A stretch of DNA of 56,815 bases, counting the filler, from Sphacelaria rigidula (Eukaryota), in NCBI GenBank assembly GCA_964200075.2. It is 5 parts of 5 records of this genome, joined end to end, with 100 filler letters (N's around TTAATTAATTAA, not from the genome) between each part and the next. Parts side by side here need not be neighbours in the genome. Positions count along the whole stretch, not along the records: positions 45,534 to 56,815 come from CAXNAA020005119.1; 4 more parts are not named here. One strand, given 5' to 3'. Shown in pieces: positions 48,934-56,815 of the stretch. The notes beneath the pieces are model-generated. The model worked only from the letters and a program-made list of their open reading frames with translations, made no database searches and had not been told where the DNA came from. The translations under genes and the position numbers were made by a program. The first letter of the stretch is position 1. Each line of letters starts with the position of its first letter.

Positions 48934-51900
48934 CGTAGTATGGACTTCCCTCTTCAATTTCGAAAAAATTGTCGTCGGTCCTGCTTGCGACCCTTCCGTT
49001 CACCAACAGCTCGTCCACGGGACCCTTACAGCCCGTTGCCTGGATCTTCCAGTACCAGGCGTCGCTGTTCTCGAACGTGAACTCAGGGGTTCCACCTTTC
49101 TCGCACGGCACGAATTGCCATTCGATTTTCCAGCGACCATCTCCATTGGTTGCCAAGTCGAGGTCCTGTCATTTCGTTTTGCGTCCATTTTGATTGCACG
49201 AGGGGTGGCGAAGTACCTGGGTGAGCCAGACTATTTGAGTGAAAGTTCACATTACTCGCACTACGTGATATGATAATATCATATCGTGGCGTACGCACAC
49301 GCGGCAATTTGGCTAACCCCCAAATGTCTCCGGAGGAATGCGCGGCCCTTCAGGAGGGAAACAAGCCTCCGGAAGCCTTCGATCCCCCTGGAGGGAACCA
49401 AACTCTACCGACCCGGAGGGCCGCACACCCCTCCGGAGGAATTCGGGGGTATGCGCAGCCCTCCAGAGGCAAAAATAAGCCCCCGGAGGCGTTTAATCCC
49501 TCTGGAGGAAACCAAACAATCTCCTCTGGAGGGCCGTGCACCCCTCCGGAGGCGTTCAATTCCTCTGCAGGCTCGAAAATATTACCCACCTGGAGGAATG
49601 TCGGAGGTAGCCAAATGGCCGCGTGTGCGTCCCTGGCTTCTCGATATACTGTAACGAAATGAGGTGCGGGCACAAGAGAGTGCTGCATTTGCGGTGGGTT
49701 GGACCTACTGGGTGCAGCTTCAACGACAGAAGGTGGCAGTGTGTGTACACGTTCACAAAGAAGAATAAATATTATAGTTTCTTCCCAGTCATATGTGTAT
49801 TACTCGCGCACTACAGTACAAGAAGCGGACGGTCTAACTATTCAGGGGTGTTCTCGGCGTTTCCTCTCGTACTTTTTATTTTTCTCACACTTTCAACCCC
49901 TCCCCTTCCTCGGACTGAGTCCGTGGTCTCAAGGGATCAATCATCTCTCCCCCGGTACGTGCCTTTCATTTTGGTCTCGCGGATTGGGTCATCACTCCCG
50001 CACCGCGTCAACTCACGCCACATAAATCCAGTCGACTACTTCGGTTCCTGACGTCATCATGCTTTCCAAGGTGGAAATCATACATCACGAAAAAAAAACA
50101 CAACGCATCGGGAATCGAACCCCCGTTATTCTGTCCACCCTAATGGTGATAGTCGGACCATTACACCACTACTAGGGCAACGTACTCACTACTCTTCGAT
50201 ATAACTAGAAATTGCTAGGGTCGGTAGATTTTGGTACAAGGAACAGATCATGCTCGAAGCAAAGTGCCCAAGTCAGTGCTAGTTGGTGTTATCGAGCGAT
50301 ACGAGTAAATACCGTTCATCAGGAGGGTGCCTTGACCATGAAACACAGTTTTTCGCCTCTGGTGCAATGAGTTTGTAAATGAAAAAATTAAACTGTACAT
50401 TTCTTCACAAATATTATTGGGACAGGCTCGATCGACCGAAAATATCGGAGAGCAAGGATCTGGGCTGAAACGTGGCAGGACCCTCGATGATCGGCCAGCC
50501 CGTAAATAACTCAATATTGAGTGAATCTGTTTTTTTTTCTTGGAGTGTAGAGCGTATAATACAAGATTTTTTCAGATGCCTCATGTGATAAGCGGTGGCA
50601 AGCGAAAGAGCCCAAGAAAACCGCCACACACGAAAAAATCACAAAATGCCACAAAGGGAATAGTTAGACCGCCCACTACTGTATATTCGAGATGATATCA
50701 CATCGTGTAGAATCCCTTGCTTCAGGGTACGAGCTGGACAAGCTGACAGTGGTTTTTGAATGTTTCCGGGCCAGGCTGTGGGTAATTCGAAAAGTTGGGC
50801 GCTGAAAATTTGACACCACATTTTCATCAATACTCACAACATTACGCGGGATGCCACGGAACAAATAAAAACAGAAAGTTAGAGCGATCTGATGTTTCTG
50901 CAAAACTGGGAAGATGCTCAAACTCCTTGAAATTTATAAATACATCCCTCGTCCCTTGTGTTGTTGTGCGTACTTGTGTGCAGGAGATCCTGGTGCGATT
51001 CCGACCGCAAAATCTCGAAAATCGGCGCAGGCCGCCGGAATTTCTGTGTGACACGGTTGCGCACATTTAATCCAAGTGATGATACTAGATCTCCAGGTCT
51101 TATGAAGGTCACAAGTACGAATCCCGTCAGATTTGGTTTTTGTTCCGTCGGTAAGATGATGAATATCTGTAGGAATCTCAAACTCGGCTCCGGCTGGTTT
51201 ATACGCTGGCTCTGAGTTGTGTACTATTTTTTGAAGTCATCAACGTGATCACGATTCATAGGAGGACCTGACCTGGTGGTGAAAGGGTCTCATCATCTGA
51301 TTAATCGCCATCAATTTCACTTGAAAAACATAATAAAACAAATCAGGATACCGGGAGCCGAGTTTGAGATGTTCTATTATTCTAATATGCTATACATTTT
51401 TTCAATTTATTCTTCATTCAGCGGCGGTGCCGTGCGTTACCAGGTTGGTCAGTAGTTCACACCGGTATGCTCAAGTCGGGCTGGTTTGGTAAATAAGTTG
51501 GTAAGTTACGATGTGAAATACAAAGGCGGGCGGATTTGCTGCTGGCGCCGCTCGTACTGTAACGCAACGAGATACGGGCACAAGAAAGTACTACTACTAC
51601 TGTGGGCTTGAGCCACTGGGCGCAACTAAAAAGTGGCGGTGTGGTGTACACGCTCACGAATAAAGACTCAATGTAATTATTTCGTCGTCCAAGGCGCGGA
51701 TGTAGGGTGCCACTCTCGAAGATCGGATCTTCTTGAAGGTGGGTCGCGGTTGGGGTGTACTGGGGCGGCACATGATGACTACGTCGACCGCTTTGGCAAC
51801 CATGACAGCCGGGTTGCAACATGCAGTACAGCCTACCGTATACCTCGGTGCAGCAATTTATGCCGGACGGTCAGCTTCTACTCCTGTTCCCTTCACTGCG

Positions 51901-52509
51901 GACAAATTGTGACATAAGTACGAGCTAGGGGACCGTTCGTGCTGCATTGCCGGGTGCAGCCTAAGACCGCGATCGTAATATTATTATACTTCTCTTTTCT
52001 CCGTGAAATCGTATCAGCATCATATCAAAGGGTATGAAATTTATTTATTACACTATTATTGCTAGAAACAATATTATACAGTGCCCTGTGAATCACACAT
52101 ATGCGTACGGCCACATCGTTGGGCGTGTGTGCGCATCATGTGTCAGGGGCGCGTCACGGTTGGTATGTTGACAAGCGCTAGACAGGACACCACGCATTAC
52201 ACATCAAACAAGATTTCTTTTCATGTACCATCAGGCAGTAGACATACAACACAGTAGTACGGTATCTCGTCGGGTGCGAACCAAACCCACGAATGCATGT
52301 ACCGGGTGATCCGGCCGATCACCTGAACTCCAGTGCCCAAAACCACGGCGGCCCTTCTTTTGTTTCGGCATATATGTACATGTATATGAACACGATCGAT
52401 GTGCATGTTAGCATTCGTAATGCACTTCGAAATTGAACAACGGCTATAGGGCATCCGGCCGTTCATAATTGCATCACCCTTGTGCAGCAGCAGCAGCAGC
52501 AGCAACAGC

Positions 52510-52574
<65 letters not shown>

Positions 52575-54300
52575 ACAGCAAGCCACAAATAGACGTCTAT
52601 GCGCAAACGACCTTCTTCCTGTAACAAAATATTGGGGATCTGTCAGCTCAATATGTGGTAGGGGCCGCCTCTGCTGTTGGAACATATCTCGATCGAACCT
52701 CCGTCAAAGCAGACTAAAGACGCCAGTTTCAGAAGACAACGCCCGGATCGAATTATCGAGTTATCGTCAGCTTGACGATCACACAGGAAAACGTGAAAAA
52801 TTGAACAAAAATAGCAGAGCCGAATAAAAACATGGCGACGTGGGCGGAAACCTCTTCTCAAAAGGTGTATCCCGACCGTACAGTCAGTGCAGTATCTTAC
52901 AGATCAGACACCAGCCAACCCGCCAGTATACAATATTATGCACTATACACGCGTAGCACGCACTAGACCACTGTTTTTGTGCGTACGTGCGTACCCAGTT
53001 GCTGCTTCCTCGAAGGCAAGCTGCTTTTCACAGCAAGGTGTTGTAACGGGTATGATATACAGTAGACAGTACTTGCAGCATGGTACTTTTGTACTTTTAC
53101 CGACGAGAAACTTACCCCAAATGAGCACTCTGGGCACTGGTCCATGATGAAGCCATCGAAAGTGCCCGTAATGGGATCATGACCCGCGCCCTCGCCTGTT
53201 CCGGTGACCTTGACGCAGGCACCGCACATTCTTGAGCCATCGTATTGAGCCGCATTGATGGCCAAGGGGATCATGCCGTCGTACTGTTCGATGGCCACGC
53301 AGCACCAAAATAATTTTGCGGAGATGAGCAAGAATGGGCCAGGAGTGTAGAGGGGAGTGGGTGGGTACCTGAGACGTACCGTTCTCGCACAAATCAATCG
53401 ATCAAGTACAAGCCGCGCTGTCGTGAGCATCGCGGAAACACATTAAGAGTTTGCGACCGCTTTTTCCCTGTGCTGCATTGTTTCACCGCAGCGACGGTGT
53501 TTTTCTCCAAGCTTCGCGCTGAGTATTCGCAAGCCTGGCAAACCGTATCGACCCTGCATCAAGGGAAGAAGGTCTGGGGCAAGGAACCCGCGCAGAGGTG
53601 TCTCGACTACTTTCCTCTCAAAACGGGTCGGCCAACCGGCCAACGAGTAGAAAATCTCTCAGGGCAAAATTTACACTGAAACTTTAATACAAACATCACG
53701 TTGCAGCTGGACGCTGTCCGAAAGTTCATAAGAACCAGGTAAGCATGAACCACAGCTTTGATCCTCCGGCTTGACGGCACCCGTCTTCCATCTTTCTTCT
53801 TTATTCTTGCATAGCACATGGCGTGCGAGTTCTTGTTCTTGCACGTCAACTAAGGCGAACGTTTTCATTCCAGAAGGATGCACCTCTGGCCAGTTAACGT
53901 TCACCAGGTAATGACGCGCATGATCTTCAATCAGCAGTTATTATTGGTGCCAAAAAATGAGCAGCACTCGACTTGCAACTGAGTTTCGATCAAAACAACG
54001 GTGCGGAATATTCCCACTCGGACCACCGTACTCCTCCCTCGACCCTCTCGGTGTCGCCCGCTGACCAGAACGGCAAAGGTATGTGTTGTTTTCAACATAA
54101 TCCAAAGAATGAGCACAACTCACCACTGAAAGGTCACCGCGCATGGCGCAGTTGCCAGAACCGATCGGGATATCTCCGTAGTACGTGCCTTCCCCCGTGA
54201 ATATTTCTCCGTACGGCGCGGTTTCAGCCATCGCAGACCGTGAGAAAAAGAGCAGTGCAGTGGCGGCAGTGTAGAATGCAGCAATAATGAAGAACTTCAT
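48934..54300 (-). CDS. Secreted expansin-like protein (DPBB domain 1 plus CBM63-like domain 2); final exon not located
   Basis: Exons 54300-54124 (signal peptide MKFFIIAAFYTAATALLFF..., GEGTYYG...GNC), 53283-53116 (LAINAAQYDGSRMCGACVKVTG...MDQCPECSFG) and 49165-48934 (DLDLA...GRWKIEWQFVPC...WYWKIQ...RTDDNFF) have GT-AG junctions in phase. The motif order is typical of microbial expansin-like (EXLX) proteins. Confidence 0.87.
49288..49635. mobile_element. MITE with ~28-bp TIRs and internal CCTCCGGAGG palindromic repeats
   Basis: ACGCACACGCGGCAATTTGGCTA ... TAGCCAAATGGCCGCGTGTGCGTCCCTG, with about 10 CCTC(C/T)GGAGG-like units inside. The left terminus is degenerate and no TSD was seen. Confidence 0.7.
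49885..50172 (-). mobile_element. tRNA-derived SINE, family 1, copy C (3'-truncated, in the expansin-like gene intron)
   Basis: Head TAGTGGTGTAATGGTCCGACTATC...GGGGTTCGATTCCCG. The body (TGAGTTGACGCGGTGCGGGAG, GAGACCACGGACTC) is shared with copies A and B. Confidence 0.72.
52484..52574. repeat. (CAG)n(CAA)n microsatellite, intronic
   Basis: Long CAA run preceded by CAG units. Confidence 0.93.
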
Positions 54301-54544
54301 CGTTGTCGCTATGGGGGGCTTGTGTAATGTGAGATGAGAAAGGTGGGTGTAGGTGATTTGTGACAAAGGTGGGATGGCGATGAGGTGGGTGAGAAACCGA
54401 ACGTGGGGGCGTGTCTTGCGGATCATTTGTCGATCGAGAATGTGCGGTAGAAAGTGAACATTCCGATCGGACAGGTTGATTTCAACATAAATGGCGATGG
54501 TTGACGTGACAACCCCTCAGATCCAAAATTTCCTTTTCCCCCGC

Positions 54545-54755
54545 ACAAGGGCAACGGAGTGCTGAACCCGCCCTTTCGCGATGATAAATAAGGCAAGCGC
54601 CGTATAAGGAAGGTGTACAAAACAAATAAAAAATAAAAACCTCCTGTGTTGGCCGTCCTCCTGTGTCCATGACCCCGACTGATGCACCCACACATATCGA
54701 AAGGTGTAGACTGGAGTCTAGAATAGACGGGATGGCAACACAAAACACACACACG
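54545..54755 (+). mobile_element. SINE family 2, 5'-truncated copy upstream of the expansin-like gene
   Basis: CCTCCTGTGTTGGCCGTCCTCCTGTGT...CACCCACACATATCGAAAGGTGTAGACTGGAGTCTAGAATAGA matches the 3' half of 2323-2700 and has a CA-rich tail. Confidence 0.68.
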
Positions 54756-56761
54756 CCGCATCTATTCAAAACGTGCTTATCATCATTAGACACGCCCGGA
54801 ATCGAAAGTTCACCTGGCGCACACCCAACAATATGTTTCACACCCTGGACAATAGACGTCATATATTGCAATTGCAGTGTAGAATCTGCTGCAGTAGATG
54901 CCAATATTGCCGTTCGTAATGGCCATCGATGGGCAGGTTTCTCTTTCGTTTGTCGTCGGCAATTCCCATCGATATGGACAAGTTTTTTACACGTTTGTCC
55001 GGGCAGCAGTCTGTTGTGGCCCTACACCGAAATCCATCGCGTTCGGCGGACCAAATATATCGATCGATAGTTTTCGAAATCCATACTGTTGACGGCAATG
55101 GCTATCGATAGGACCGCGTGCCAAGTCTATTGATGGCGATAGTTATGAACACATTGCACACCAATAATATATTGATGACGGCAATCGAAATTGAACCGTC
55201 GATCATCCATTTTGAGGGTGGAGCTCTCGCTGAGGATGAGAACCCGGAGAATTCAAATCTTCGTATCCGGACTAATTCTTCGATTCATAGTTCAGTTCAT
55301 TCATCTGCTGGTAGCTACTGACAACTGCTGCACGCTGTACGAAGTTGGATTCCCATAACTGACATTTGGGATATTCTATAACTGCTAGACGCCGTACAAA
55401 TTCGAGCACCGATCACCGAAATTTGGGGGTATCGGATCACCTAAATTTCTCGACATTGTTTCTTGACTTACAATCCCTAAATTTCGTCTTATCAGAAGTG
55501 ATTATCACTTTTTAAAAAAGCACTTCTTGAGAAGTGATCGCCCCAACAACGGCCAGTGCTGTGTCTTATCGATAGGCAGTTTTGTTCAGATCGAAGCCCA
55601 GATCTGCGCACAGGTGAAAAATGCGGCGGTTCTGGAAGTGGCCGTCAGTCCAAAATGTCTGTACTGCTGCACACAAGACGCAAAGAGGTAACACGACGCC
55701 GACACACCTAGCCACGAATACAGACGGATAGATATTCACCACTCACGCGCATTAGCTCAAGCGCTAGCTCGTGATCATCTACACACGGCAGCCTTGGTTT
55801 GACGGCAATCCGTCCAGTAGTAGATGAAAGGCGGTAGCGTGCGTGTCAACTAGCAACCGCAAACTGTTGCTGACTGTTTTTGAGCGTGTGCTGTGCGCGC
55901 GTCTCACGCAAATAATCATTTCTCACTGAATCCCGAACCGATTTGAACAAGGTCACGCGCAGCGTGCTCAGCTGATGAGCACCCATGAATGAAGCGGTGT
56001 GTTTTGGTTTGAGAGGGTGATGCAATCCTCAGGTTCACGTTTGATTGTGTTGACTTGTCTGTTAAGACTTCGGTTATGCCCCTGTCAACAGGATGTCGTA
56101 TGTATGTGTAATGCGTGAGAGGACCGCGTGCTTAGAGGACCGCATCTGAATTTGAACATCCCTATGGCTAGGGTTAGGGTTAGGGTTAGTGTTGGGGCTA
56201 GGGTCAGGTGCGTGGTACCTGCAGGTACGGGCCTGCTTGGTTTTGAAAAACGTCGATCCTGGGGTATTTTGGACTACGGCGCGGTCCTCTCATGCATTAC
56301 AGTATGTTCCCGTTCGAGGTGTCACAAAATCACTTTTGCAAAAGTGCTTTCTTGGCACTTTTTGGAGGGGGTGGTATCGCAGCAACCAATCATCGGTCGT
56401 TTTTCACAAAAGTGATGATTCCTTGAAAAGTGAATCGCTTCTGCCAAGACCCCGCCTAATCGGAATCCAAATTTGTACAGCGTGTAGCAATTGTCAATAG
56501 CTACCAGCAGATGAAGGAATAGAACCATATCAGTGTTACGCCGGGGGTTATTGTCACGTTTCCCATCACCACCCCAAAATGAAGACGTGACGGAGTCAAA
56601 CAAGTCTATATACGGTTATATCGCAACGAAAGCGATACACAGCTGTAGTATGTATCTGAAGCTGCCTTTTCATCCCAGTCTGGCTCAATTCCACCCAGTA
56701 CAGCTCACAAAATAGCGATGTGCCACCAGTACAGCTCACGAAACAGCGATGGATATCCCTA

Positions 56762-56815
56762 CGAGCTGGGCCAGCCTAAAAACGGATTTAAGCTCTAAAA
56801 GCAATATCTCATCGA
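56762..56815 (+). mobile_element. Left end of the same TA-flanked TIR family, truncated by the scaffold end
   Basis: TA|CGAGCTGGGCCAGCCTAAAAACGG...CTAAAAGCAATATCTCATCGA. Confidence 0.62.

Noticed and set aside
49270..49688. Repetitive Pro/Gly/Glu ORFs (PPEAF repeats)
   Set aside because: They arise from the CCTCCGGAGG repeats inside a TIR-bounded MITE in an intron.
13825..54300. Functional cluster linking FBA, EML and expansin
   Set aside because: The genes lie on different, artificially concatenated scaffolds.

Overview
Eukaryotic genomic DNA, most likely from a brown alga or close stramenopile. This is inferred from the many spliceosomal introns, a plastid bipartite presequence ('AQAF-VAP') and short TTAGGG tracts. 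The window is not one locus: it is five scaffolds of almost identical length (1-11284, 11385-22667, 22768-34050, 34151-45433, 45534-56815) joined by a 100-nt N44-TTAATTAATTAA-N44 linker. By manual splicing I reconstructed: part of a DIS3/DIS3L-like exosome ribonuclease gene (-); a complete 6-exon, 397-aa plastid-targeted class I fructose-bisphosphate aldolase (-); a divergent candidate thylakoid-lumen (Tat) protein gene; nine exons of an EML/EMAP-like WD40 protein including a GC-AG intron (+); and a secreted expansin-like protein (-). Introns and intergenic DNA are dense with non-autonomous mobile elements: two tRNA-derived SINE families, a LINE 3' fragment, several TIR elements with 8-bp or TA target duplications, fold-back palindromes and motif arrays. 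No prokaryotic features, rRNA, real tRNA or CRISPR array could be supported. All homology calls come from my own motif recognition; no database search was run.
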